NCBI RefSeq assembly: GCF_006345805.1 | Contig: NC_043000.1 | Span: forward strand, 24,056,001 to 24,120,000 | DNA: 64,000 nucleotides | Reading direction: 5' to 3' | Source: Octopus sinensis | Taxonomy: Eukaryota | Shown here: positions 51,950 through 64,000 of the stretch, piece by piece | Layout: every line of letters starts with the position of its first letter | How positions within the stretch are numbered: the first letter of the stretch is position 1 | The notes under the pieces: model-generated | What the model was told of the DNA's origin: nothing | What the model saw: the letters and a program-made list of their open reading frames with translations, nothing else | The model's database searches: none | Position numbers and translations under genes: made by a program

Positions 51950-52110
51950 TTGGAGGAGGGAGTGAGAGAGGGTGAGAAAGAGAGTGAAAAAGAAAGTGAG
52001 AGAAAGATGGACAGAGAGAGAGAGAGTGAGAGAGAGAGTGAGAAAGAAAGTGAGAGAAAGATGGAGAGAGAGGGAAAGAGAAAGTGGAAAGAAAGGGAGG
52101 GAGAAAGGGG
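51950..52110. repeat. Purine-rich GA low-complexity tract (similar tract at 51130-51250)
   Basis: Directly visible. Confidence 0.85.
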
Positions 52111-52379
52111 ATTTCAAAATTTGAATCTGAGCTTGCTTCTCAGATGGAACTTCATACTTCTTCCACATCTTTTTGGTATTTGAAGGCAAAGTGAACTTAA
52201 CTGTCAAGAGAAATGCTTATATAGATATAATTTTAGGGTTTTCCTAGTGATAAATATCAATTTTAGCAAAATTAAGTTGATAAAAATAGTAAACTTACTT
52301 ACAAAAGTAAAAAGCATTAATTACTCTAGGTGTTGCTAGACTTTCTGATGGGACTGTATATGTATATCACTGTGAATAC

Positions 52380-52684
52380 CATGACTGACCAGGCTATCAG
52401 ATGTTGCTACACATTGCTGGTCACAATGCACTTTGCATTGTTTTAGCTTTCAAATGATGCCATCCCACTGGCTAAGCGAGCAGGCCAACAGAAGAAAGAG
52501 TGAGAGAAAGTTGTGGTGAAAGAGTACAGCAGGTATCGCCACCCCACCTCCCACTACAGGAGGCTCGTAGAACTTTAGGTGTTTTCGCTCAATAAACACT
52601 CACAACGCCCGGTCTGGGAATCGAAACCGCGATCCTACGACCACGAGTCCGCTGTCCTAATCACTGGGCCATTGCACCTCCACG
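52380..52684 (-). mobile_element. tRNA-derived SINE (partial second copy at ~56658-56832)
   Basis: Minus strand GGAGGTGCAATGGCCCAGTG...GGTTTCGATTCC pol III boxes. Confidence 0.75.
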
Positions 52685-53226
52685 TATATGTATATATGTT
52701 TGTATATATATCTTTGAATGTGTTACTACCTCCTTGTCTTGATTTCATATGATAGTGACAAATGAATGTCATTGATATGCACCATTGGCTGGGTAACTGA
52801 ATGAGTGTAAGTCCCTGTAACACAGTAAGTGTTACTAATAATAAAGTGTTGAAAACAAGTTAAAATACCACAGTCTGCTGCACAAACTTGTGAAAGACTG
52901 CTTACAGTGTGTCGGTAGTTATGCAAGGAGGTCACATCACACCAGACCTATTTCTCCAGTATTTGTAACCACAACTGATATGCTGATACATGTCTACATT
53001 ATTTCATGACTGGGTTTCTTTTAAGAAATGTTTGTTTATTATCTAGAAAAATTAAAGGACTGTTAAACTTTTATTCTCTCTAGTGGCCAACTGTGGTAAC
53101 ATAAAACCTCACATTCTGAGTCTCACATCTTGTATGCAGTTTTTCTCAGTGAAAATATAAACAACTATACTATTGACCTAAAAGAAAATAATGTTAATAT
53201 ATAGCACTTCCAGAGCATAGTTTACC

Positions 53227-53469
53227 CAGTGATTCTCAACCATTTTTTACTCTTGGTCCCTTTTGATTCCTATTTTATTCTGACCCTCATAGCCATTCGC
53301 TGTTTTAAAAAATTCTATTCTATGTTTATAATTAAATATTAGAAATATATAAAAAAATTGTTAAAATATTTTGTGTATTGTGTATAACCAATTTATTGCA
53401 CAAATTTTAACAACGAAATCTTACATGGGGACACCCAAGGGTCACATGAACCTCAGTTGAGAACTACTG
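53227..53469. mobile_element. hAT-type MITE
   Basis: TIRs CAGTGATTCTCAAC / GTTGAGAACTACTG. Confidence 0.65.
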
Positions 53470-53685
53470 GTTTATATGATGTGGGGATGAGATGAGCAGG
53501 AAGGAAAGGGCTGTGATGTCAACAGCCAAGAGGCTCCACTGGAACAGGAAAGGGAAGAGTGGAAGTGAGGGAAGCAAGACCAGGGTTGTCCTCTTTTGGT
53601 CTGGGGCAGTCGTAATGAACAGACGCAAGTGGAGCGAGCTAGCAGGGATTGGTAGAAGCAGCTGCTAACATTTGGTGACACTGCT

Positions 53686-54065
53686 TAATAAAATAATAAT
53701 AATGAAATTATTGTATACAGTGCTCATGTGCACCACAACTTGTCAGAAAGTGCATATAAAGTACATGCAGTAATGTAGAAATGTCTGGAAAGCGAACAAT
53801 GTATGAGTCAGATACATGCTTGTGTGTGTATGGAGGGGAGAAAATCAAGTGTAGGGTTGGCGAATCTCAGGAAGCATGGAAGTTTTGAAGGATGCAGTGC
53901 TCCGACAACTAACAACTGATGCCGGTAGCTTGTTCCATGCTTCAGCAACTCTCAGCGTGAAAAAATGTTTCCTGAAGTCATGGGAGCTGTGCTGTTTTCT
54001 TACTTTGTAAATATGTCCACGGGTGTTAGATGGGTGGAGTTTGAAAAGGTGCTCAGAGTTATTGA
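53686..54065 (-). mobile_element. CR1/L2-group LINE, 5'-truncated 3' end
   Basis: ORF2 C-terminus [47 protein letters not shown] with stop at 53845, then 3' UTR and (ATT)n tail. Confidence 0.85.
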
Positions 54066-54075
54066 TTACTCCATC

Positions 54076-54351
54076 ATAGGTATCAGTCATGCGAATTGGC
54101 ATAAGCGAAAAGCGACTGGGGGTCGTAAGGTTCAAATCCGCAAGAAGCGGAATTATGAACTTGGCAGACCGGCTGCCATGACAAAGCTGGGGTCCAGAAG
54201 AGTTCACACAGTAAGAACCAGAGGTGGCAACAGAAAATTCCGAGCTCTTAGACTAGACACAGGCAACTTTGCTTGGGGATCTGAAAGCATCACCCGCAAA
54301 AGCAGAATTATAGATGTTGTATACAATGCCAGTAATAATGAGTTGGTAAGA
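54076..54351 (+). pseudogene. RPS8: 40S ribosomal protein S8 (eS8) N-terminal 92 codons, probably a truncated retrocopy
   Basis: [94 protein letters not shown] occupies the start-Met position, no introns interrupt it, and I found no downstream RPS8 sequence in the window. Confidence 0.85.
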
Positions 54352-54494
54352 ATGTTTCTTTTAAATTATGTCATTATAAGAGAAAAAAATTTTTTTTTTT
54401 TAAATTTTCTAATATTCTTCAGACATATCGACGCAAATATATATATTTTTTAACATTCAAGCCTTCTGTAGTTTTTTCACTCTTTACTTTTTTC

Positions 54495-54535
<41 letters not shown>

Positions 54536-54840
54536 GTTTGTGTGTCTGTATTTGTCCTCCCACCATTGCTTGACAACCGATGCAGGTGTGTTTATGTCCT
54601 GTAACTTAGCGGTTTGACAAAAGAGGCCGATAGAATAAGTACTAGGCTTACAAAGAGTAAGTCCTGGGGTTGATTTATTCGACTAAAGGTAGTGCTCCAG
54701 CATGGCTGCAGTCAAATGACAGAAACAAAAAAAAAGAGTAAAAGAATAAAAGAGAGACATACATTTCTCCCCATGATATTACATTAAAATATCTTTCAAT
54801 AAGAGTATGATGGAATATACTATTTTATTTCTCCTCAGTT

Positions 54841-55245
54841 CTGAAGCCAGTTGGATTATCCAGAAGTGATGGGGAGAGACCAGATGGTCTTACCCTTTGT
54901 CCCTGGGTAAGAGGTAGGTGCCTCATCCAGAAGGTCACAGTCTGTGATACCTTTGCTCCTTCCCACAACCCGGATGCTGTGGTAAATGGCAGGGTCACTG
55001 CTTCTGCAACTGACGGGAACAAAATCCTTAAGCATCAGGACTTATCAACAAACTCCTTTTTTCCAGACTGTGGCATTTGTGACGTTTGGTGGGACCGGTC
55101 TGCTAACAGTAAATTTCTTGTAATCATTGGCGTCTCGCCAAGCCAAGGCGTCAGTTGATGCTTCTGAAGGTACACAGCTGCTCCAATACCTTAGCCTCGC
55201 CATCGCCTGTGGTAACACCACCAGCATGTTGGCTTGCTTCAGTAA
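54841..55245 (+). mobile_element. CRE-like non-LTR retrotransposon fossil, restriction-like endonuclease domain
   Basis: PVGLSRSDGERPDGLTLCPWVRGRCL..VTVCDTFAPS...QYLSLAIACGN, with a frameshift and a stop. Confidence 0.8.
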
Positions 55246-57696
55246 GTTCTGTTGGACCTTGTGGTGTGCGACCAATTGAAAAACTTAGCATTGAATTGAC
55301 GTTTATTCTTTCTTTTTCTTACTTTCTTCCTCGCGTTTTCTTATTTTCTTTCTCTTTCTTTACTCATGTTTATATTTTCTTCGGTTTGGGATTTGTATTT
55401 TAATGCGGTTTTGTATTATATATGTATTATATATAATATGATAATATTACATAATATACATACGTGTTATATATATAATTATCTAATTATCCACAAAATA
55501 TTCTTTTAAAACAAAGGGGCATTTTCTGCTCGAGTGCGTCTTATACGCTGGTAAATACCGCATACATTTCAGAAACTCGATCTAGGGGAGGTAATTCTGA
55601 TGGTTATAGGTATGTAATGGGAATGGACGAGTACAAAATTGTTGTATAGTAACAGTAAAAGGTACTTTCGGTACAGGAAGGCATAGAAGTAGTCGTGAGG
55701 TTCTAGGGGAAAATGACAAAAAACAATGGTGTAAGAATTAGCACTTCCTTCTCAAAGCTTGGATTCGAAATCAGACCCAAGAATCATTGGTCGTAAAATA
55801 CCAATGCACAAAAAGGCGCGAAATCAGAATCTCTTTGTTCTGACAAAAAATGATGGATCGTCTCCCTTCGACCTCTGACCCGAGCAGGTCAGGCAAAGTT
55901 TAACAGGACGACCAGCGACCTACTGTACGCAATAACACTCTTGCGGTATATCTATTTTTCTGGCTATTTGAGATGTTATAAATAGAACGGAGAAATAGGT
56001 ATCTGGAGAGAAGCCGAACCAACGTTTAAGAGAACGTCACGCATTTATGAGGACGACGAAAGAATATTCAGAAAGGTGACTCTGTACTGCATGATTTACA
56101 CACACACACACACACACACCATCAAACATATTCTGCTTTAATGTGTATCCTGTATTATGCATTCCTTTAAAATGTATTATTTGCAACCACTATTTGATAT
56201 GCATTTTGTACAAGCGATGTGTAACATTGCTTACAAATTGATGTAGTGATAATAAATCTTTAATTTATTACAAAGCACTTATGTATTTATTAATACATCC
56301 ACGCATCCACTACAATGGTAAGTATAATATGTTACATTACACAACAGTATAATCCATGCTACAGACGGTGATAAGGATGAGATGCTGCTGTCTTCTTCCA
56401 GTCAGGACTCACACCATTAGCCACAAAGAATAATCTCTAATTCGAGCCTACTCTAAGCTACTAAGAATGCCTGTGGCAACTTGAAGATCCACCTACCACA
56501 CGTGATAGACTGGCGGTCTACGTTGTTATCCTCATTCCGTAAACGGTGGCTTTTAACGGGTGGAGAGCTGAACCATCCTGGGTTACAGAGGATTAGCAAT
56601 CTAGACTAGGGTCTGAAAGTTTACTACACCATGGGTCCTCTACTTTGTGGCAGAAGTAGGAAGAAAGAGTGAGAGAAAGTTGTGGTGAAAGAGTACAGCA
56701 GGGTTCACCCCTCGCCGGAGCCTCGTGGAACTTAGGTGTTTTTGCTCAATAGACACTCTGGTCTGGGAATCAAAACCGTGCTCTTACGACCGCGAGTCCG
56801 CTGCCCTAACCACTGGGCCATTGCACCTCCACTATCTGCTGCTGTTGTTACTGATGATGATGACGAGGAGAGGAGGAAGATCAGCGTGTCTCTGTAGGTT
56901 GTTTTGGAACTACGATCTTCAATTAGTATACTTGTGAGTATTGAAACAAGGTACAGTGTAAGTAAAATGAGAAAACGGTTATATTAAATAAATGCTACAT
57001 AGCTACTATAACGCGCGTGTGCACACATATACACATACACACGCCGTTCAAGAATTTGGACCTGGAGATCTCCATTTCCAGCGACATCGAGGGCCACCTC
57101 CCAGTGGTGTAGGGTGTCAACGAAGAGCCCTTGACTACAATAAGAAGACCAAAGTTTTTTTTTTTTTCCCAAGGTCTGGGGTCTCCCGCCCCTAAGCCCT
57201 AGACCATCACCTAATCGCCCTTACTGGACAGCGTTGTGCAACCCGCCTTATGTTTAAGTCTAAAAGAAGATAAATGGCGGGTTGCACAATGCTGTCCAGT
57301 AAAATTTGGGAACTGAAAGAAAAAAATATCGAATTTAACCTAAAATGGGATATAATAAGAAAGGCACAGCCTTATAAAAATAGTAGGGATGGATGTGAAC
57401 TTTGTTCTATGGAGACATATGAAATTTTAAAACATAGGAATAATACAAACTTATTGAATAACCGTTCCGAACTGGGAAATATCTTGTATACATTGTGCCA
57501 CCCGTACTTTTAAGTATTTTAAATAATAACATTCTGACCATTCCTAAAGTTTCAAATCTTAATATTTTGTAACCAAATAGAAAATTAATATACTACACTA
57601 GCTTTTATTTAACCTGCATAGATTACTAAGAAATTTCATTATATATATAAATTTGAATATAACGAAGTTAGAATTTTTTGATACTCTCCTATATAA

Positions 57697-58200
57697 GATT
57701 GCAAAAAATTCTATATATCTAGGGAAATTACTTGGTTCATCTTGATTACCTCCCTTTCACTACTTTTTAATATATCTTAATGACTCTTTATATATTTGCT
57801 AAATTGATAAAGCTTTTTTTCCTACAGTTAGTAAATATTATGTCTAACATATTCTTTTAATTTAACTCATTAATAAAATAAATCACCATTTACTAGCTAA
57901 TTATGATTCTATATTAATAGAAATGGATATATATATATTTATATAGATATGAAATGATTGCAAAAAATTCTATATATCTAGAGAAATTACTTGGTTCATC
58001 ATGATTACCTCCCTTCCATTACTTTTTAATATATCTTATTGACTCCTGTTATATGCGCTAAATTGATAAAGTTTTTTTCCACAGTTAGTAAATATTATGT
58101 CTATCATTTTCTTTTAATTCAACTCATTAATAAAATAAATTACCATTTACTAGCTAATTATGATTCTATATTAATAGAAATGGATATATATATATATATA
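57697..58200. repeat. ~259-bp tandem duplication
   Basis: GATTGCAAAAAATTCTATATATCTAG begins at 57697 and again at 57956. Confidence 0.85.
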
Positions 58201-58207
58201 TTTTTTT

Positions 58208-58546
58208 TTACTTGTTTCAGTCATTTGACTGCGGCCATGCTGGAGCACCGCCTTTAGTCGAGCAAATCGACCCCGGGACTTATTCTTTGTAAGCCTAGTA
58301 CTTATTCTATCGGTCTCTTTTGCCGAACCGCTAAGTTACGGGGACGTAAACACACACACACACACATATATATACATATATACGACAGGCTTCTTTCAGT
58401 TTCCATCTATCAAATCCACTCACAAGGCTTTGATCGGCCCGAGGCTATAGCAGAAGACACTTGCCCAAGATGACACGCAGTGGGACTGAACCCAGAATCA
58501 TGTGGTTGGTAAGCAAGCTACTTACCACACAGCCACTCCTGCGCCT
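58208..58546 (-). mobile_element. SINE family A (tRNA head, CORE-like CCTTGGGCAAGT, internal microsatellite); representative copy
   Basis: Other copies at ~5590, 13852, 18491, 19300, 25729, 32708, 38627, 46959, 47175, 49470, 51498, 54535, 63199. Confidence 0.85.
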
Positions 58547-59109
58547 ATATATATATATATATATATTTATATAAATATGAAATGATTTCTATATTTTCTA
58601 TCCCTATATAAGATACAAATATTTATTGAAATCCTTTAGAAAATTATCTAAAGGATATTTACTTAAATTTCTTAATATAGAATCTGGCTGTTAAATGGTA
58701 AGGGACACTGAAATCCTCTAGGGTACTTATAGTCTCTGTTCCCCTTGCTCCTCTAACTTCAACCTACTAACTTTTTGCTATAATACATTCAAATATATCT
58801 AAACTGAATTCCTCGAAATGAGGATGGGTTTATGGTTTTGACATTTGTTCTACTCCTTCCTATATCTATAAATAGAAAAATTCTTTTTTGTCTCCATTCA
58901 ACCAAGAATAAAACCTCCTCACCACTGACAGATCTAAATAACAAAGTGAACTCAATGATAAAATATACAGATGGAGATTAAACATACTACTATCATGTTC
59001 TTAAGAATGAAATCAACCTTTCTGTCTATATATCTACCCTCTTTATAATGTTGGCAAATGAAATAGGGATAAGAATGTGCATTGTCCGTTTAATTGGAAA
59101 ATTCTATAT

Positions 59110-59195
59110 GTGGCTGAAGATTGCTTGACATTTTAAAACTGATGTAATACTTACAGTGTTTAATAAAATGAAGTAGCATGAAACAATTGTACTAC
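59110..59195 (+). ncRNA. Candidate type I hammerhead ribozyme
   Basis: GTGG-CTGAAGA-[long stem II]-GAAA-CAATTG-TA-CTAC; stem I GUGG/CUAC; GUA cleavage triplet. Confidence 0.65.
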
Positions 59196-59243
59196 TCTAC
59201 CTTGGATATACTTGTTGCTTATTTTGAATATATATATATATAT

Positions 59244-59382
59244 TTGTTAAAGAGACTACCAAACATTAAGGCAAGGGGCAAACATCTCAAGTTGTAGACA
59301 ATATTATTACTTTTCCAATAATAATATTGTATATGATTTGAGATGTTTGCCTTGCCTTAATGTTTGTTGTCCTCTTTAACAA
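59244..59382. repeat. ~140-bp hairpin
   Basis: TTGTTAAAGAG..CAAACATTAAGGCAAGG..CAAACATCTCAA..ACAATATTATTA mirrored on the right arm. Confidence 0.8.
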
Positions 59383-59532
59383 TTATATATCCACTGCATC
59401 GGAAATCTGCAATGGTTCCATAACCACCATCTTGACTAGTAATCTGTTACTAGGAGTCCTAGTAATCTGTTACAGCATTTACCTAGCGTACCTAATCATT
59501 TAGATCACCTGTGAACTAAACCTCCATATTTT

Positions 59533-59880
<348 letters not shown>

Positions 59881-60879
59881 TTTAGCGTCCACTTTCCATG
59901 CTAGCATGGGTTGGAAGGTTCAACTGGGGTCTGGGAAGCCAGAAGGCTGTACCAGGCCCAGTCTGATCTGGCAATGTTTCTACGCCTGGATTCCCTTTCT
60001 AACGTCAACCACTCCGTGAGTGTAGTGGGTGCTTTTTATGTGCCACTGGCACAGGTGCCAGACGAGGCTGGCAAACGGCCACGATCGGATGGTGCTTTTT
60101 TACATGCCACCAGCACGGGAGCAAGGTGAGACTGGCAATAGCCACATGATCATTGCCAGAGCAGCTGACTGGCTTCTATGCCAGTGGCATGTAAAAAGAT
60201 TTACTCAAGCTCGATTGTTACCTGTGTTGCCTTACTAGCACGGGAAAAAATGCTTGAGCAATGTTGTTGCCAGTGCTGCTGGACTGGCTCCTGCGCAGGT
60301 AGCATGTAAAAAACACCGTTTGAGTGTGGCCAATGCCAGTTCTGCCTGACTGGCCCTTGTGCCGGTGGCTCGTAAAAGCACCCACTACATTCTCGGAGTT
60401 GTTGGCATTAGGAAGGGCATCCAGTTGTAGAAACTCTGCCAGATCAATGACTATTAACAATTAGAAAAATGGAGATGTTAAAAGTTCCAATTTGAACTTA
60501 ATTTCCACATATGACCATTTTAAATGGCAATACAAATATGTAAGAAAACATTAATTATAATAATAATAATAATAAAAATATTTTTGTATATATTTTTATA
60601 TGTGTAAATTAACAGTTTAGAAAAAAAATCCCATTGGTTTCATATCTAGCATGAACTAGACATATCTTCAATTCTTATAAATTATAACTGTTCTCTGCAA
60701 AGAATGTTTTTTTAAAACACAAGAACACCAATGATAGTTCAAGAAATATTCCTCAAAAAATTATGGCCAGGCGAGTTATCTTCCTTTGCCTGATAGCTAA
60801 GTTTTCCAATTTTGAAGTAAAAAGTCCTGAAAATGTGGACAACTTCCCATGGCTTCCATCCTGGAGTTCAGATATCCTC

Positions 60880-61312
60880 CTGGCTCATGTGAGTTCATAA
60901 AGATTATATATGTTTCTGCCATCATGAATTACATAGTCTTGTTCCATTGTGATAGGATCCACAAGTTTCTAGTAATTACCACCTGATGTTAAAGGGTATG
61001 TGATCGTCCTTTAGGTGCCATACGTATTATTTCTTTATTTTCTTTGCAGTATTTCTTTATTTAGGTGCCATACGTATACTGCAAGTGTCATTGTGTTGCA
61101 TCTCTCCAGGACCCTGAAAGAAGATCTGTGGTTGTTCAGGTGAATTTTAAATTTGGATTCACAAGATCCAACATGAATTTTAGTGTGTCCCTGTATTGGC
61201 AATGATGTTACTGATATTTGTGCTACTTCTGTTTGAGGCAGCCTTTGTTTGGTACACTGTAGTCTTGGTGTTACATCGGCTATCAACTGGGCATTCATTT
61301 CTAATCCAGCAT
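60880..61312 (-). mobile_element. Penelope-like GIY-YIG endonuclease fossil
   Basis: ECPVDSRCNTKTTVYQ / HVGSCESKFKIHLNNHRSSF...TLAVYVWHL across a frameshift. Confidence 0.75.
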
Positions 61313-61319
61313 TCAATTA

Positions 61320-61375
<56 letters not shown>

Positions 61376-61939
61376 CACACACATATACAGTAAACAAAAT
61401 GAAATACAAAAACAAATGAGTTAAATATGCAAACAATGTGAGAAAAAAATGGAGGAAGGATTCTGAAAGACTCCCTGGAACCATCATCATCATCATCATC
61501 GTCATCATTTAACATCTGTTGTCCATGCTGGCATGGGTTGGATGATTTGATCAGGGCTGGCAACATAGAAAGCTGCACCAGGCTCCAGTCTGATTTGGCA
61601 TGGTTTCTATGGCTGAATGCCCATCTTAATATCAACCACTCCAAGAGTGTAATGGTTGCTTTTAAGTGCCACTGGCATGGGTGCCATTTGTATGACATCA
61701 GTATCTGCCATGACTGTGATTTTACCTGGCTTGATGGGTCTTCTTCTCAAACATGACATAATGCCAAAGTTCTTGGGCATTTGTCATTGTTTCTGTGAGG
61801 TCCAGCACTTGAAAGGAGCTTTTCATGGGCCACTGGCATTGGCCACTTTGCCTCTGTGATGCCTAACGCTCGAAAGATACTTTTTATGTGCCACTGCCAT
61901 GGGTGCCAGTTATGGGACACCAGCATTAGCCACAACTCT

Positions 61940-62400
61940 GATTTCACTTGGCTTGACAGGTCTTCTTAAGCACAATATATTGCCAAAGGTCTTGGTCACT
62001 AGTCATTGCCTCTGTGAACCCCAAAATTTGAAGATCATGCTTCACCACCTCGTCCCCTGTCTTCCTGGGTTTACCCCTACCACAGGTTCTCTTCACAGTT
62101 AGAGATTGGCACTTCTTTATACAGCTGCCCTCATCCATACACATCACACACCAGTGCAGTCATCTCTCTTCCACACCACATCTGATGTCTCTTATGTGCA
62201 ACTTTTCTCTCAAAATGCTTACACTCTGTTGAACATGCACACAGACATTGCATATCCAGCGAAACCGGCTTCATTTCTTTCAAGCCTACACATGTCTTCG
62301 GCTGTCACAACCCAATTCCCAGCATGAGATTTATAGTCTCTGCCTCCATTTCAAATGCTACCTAATGCAAGCATGGGATCCCTCATCCATTGATTGGATC
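61940..62400 (-). mobile_element. RTE LINE 3' fossil
   Basis: CGRGKPRKTGDEVVKHDL motif. Confidence 0.6.
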
Positions 62401-63062
62401 AGAAAAAGTCCTTATAAGCTAGAAACAACCTAAGGGCAGAGCTCCCCTTTCATAATTTTAGTCAACATGGACTGCCAACTGAATTAGTTTAAGGGAGATA
62501 ATCCATCCTCACTGAATTGGATTGTTTATTTTTTATTTATTAACTGACCACAACAGAATTCTACCTCCGTAGTTTGAAGAGCTCTATGGCCTTTGCCACT
62601 AGAGTCTGAAGAGTTGTTCATAAAGCTTCGTGCTTTATGCATGTGAAACCACTGGTCTCTCTATGACTGGACATATACTTAACTGCATATAAATATATAT
62701 CAACTGTAGAAATTATGCCAAATCAGACTAGAGTCTGGTGTAGCCTTCCAGCTTACCAGCCCTGGTCAAACCGTCCAAATCATGTCAGCATGGACAACAG
62801 ATACTAAATGATGATGATCATCATCATTATGGCACCTGTGCCGGTGGCACGTAAACAGTATCCGTTACATTTTTGGAGTGGTTGGCATTAAGAGGAGCAT
62901 CAAACCATAGAAACCATACCACATCAGACTGGAACCTGGTGCAGCCTTCTGGCTTACCAGTTCCAGTCGAACCATCTTACTCATGCTAGCATGGAAAGAA
63001 GACGTTACATGATGATGGTGACGACGATGATGACGATAACGACAACAATGATGATGATGATG

Positions 63063-63094
<32 letters not shown>

Positions 63095-63136
63095 TATATA
63101 TATACATACATATATGTATGTATGTATGTACATATA

Positions 63137-63364
63137 TTGGGTCATCCCATAAATAATGCATCTTTTTATACTCCTTTTATTTTTCAAAATTAAGATAAAG
63201 GCATAGGAGTAGCTGTGTGGTATGTAGCTTGTTTACCAACCACATGGTTCCAGGTTCATTCCCACTGCGTGGCACCTTCGGCAAGTGTCTTCTACTATAG
63301 CCTCAGGCCGACCAAAGCCTTGTGAGTGGATTTGGTAGACAGAAACTGAAAGAAGCCTGTCGTA

Positions 63365-63411
<47 letters not shown>

Positions 63412-64000
63412 GTGTATATGTTTGTGTGTCTGTATTTGTCCCCCTAACATCACTTGACAACCGATGCTGGTGTGTTTATGTCCCTGTAACTTAGTGGTTC
63501 AGCAAAGAGACCAATAGAATAAGTACTAGGCTTACAAGGAATAAGTCCTGGGGTCAATTTGCTCGACTAAAGGCGGTGCCCCAGCGTGGTCACAGTCAAA
63601 TGACTGAAACAAGTAAAAGAGTAAAAGAGTAAGTTCTTTTTTAATCTAGAATATCCTCTCCTTCATTTTCTACAATGCTCTTCCATCTATCTGGTAGATT
63701 TGCAAGGTCTCTCTTCCAAAATTCATTTGTCCGTGATGAAAAACACTCCTCTGGTACTGTTCTGACCTCGTTTACAGAATTCATATTTTTTCCTTCCAAA
63801 TGATGTTGAAAACTGCAGAATTAATGATAATCAGATGGGGCAATGTCCAGTGAATATGGTGGGATAGGGCATTGTTTCCCATTTAAAGTGCTCCAGCCTT
63901 TTGAATGTCATCCTCGCTGTATGTGGCCGAGCATTATCCTGATGGAAGAACACCTTTCGTCTTGAAACCAAAGATGGTCATTTTTCTTCTGACACTGACT
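63137..64000 (-). mobile_element. Mariner transposon fossil (3' part), with a SINE inserted in its 3' UTR
   Basis: FHQDNARPHTAR...PPYSLDIAPSDYH*F...LPDRWKSIVENEGE; TIR TA-TTGGGTCATCCCATAAATAATGC at 63135. Confidence 0.88.

Larger units (their letters stand above)
57274..59225 (+). mobile_element. Penelope-like element 3' part (GIY-YIG C-terminus, AT-rich 3' region, hammerhead)
   Basis: LSSKIWELKEKNIEFNLKWDIIRKAQPY...CELC..E..EIL...LLNNRSEL at 57274-57513; right boundary inferred from the ribozyme motif. Confidence 0.7.

Noticed and set aside
53965-54453. 162-aa ORF read as a novel extended RPS8 protein
   Set aside because: The N-terminal 37 aa are antisense LINE sequence and the C-terminal tail is AT-rich non-coding read-through; only 54076-54351 is RPS8-derived.

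Overview
AT-rich eukaryotic (animal) genomic DNA. The SINE families and microsatellite load point to an octopus or other coleoid cephalopod (inference). The left two-thirds hold a minus-strand, multi-exon DCAF1/VprBP gene. I assembled 27 coding exons by hand from the ATG at 43548 down to 1247. All have GT-AG boundaries and consistent phases, giving 3387 nt (1129 codons), and the gene runs off the left edge inside the WD40 region. A CpG-richer putative promoter lies at about 44.0-44.6 kb. The right third is intergenic and transposon-rich, with an RPS8-derived segment abutting a CR1-like LINE 3' end. Transposable elements include two young copies of a composite non-autonomous Helitron carrying a piggyBac-like end, two mariner fossils, RTE/CR1/CRE LINE fossils, Penelope-like GIY-YIG fragments, TTAA MITEs and several SINE families. 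The best candidates for something unusual are: (1) a type I hammerhead ribozyme at 59110-59195 downstream of a Penelope-like fragment, plus fold-back elements with hammerhead-like variant cores; (2) a structured ~205-bp element present twice in inverted orientation; (3) the LINE/RPS8 chimera. Almost all listed ORFs are spurious repeat translations or exon read-throughs. No CRISPR, rRNA or true tRNA genes were seen.
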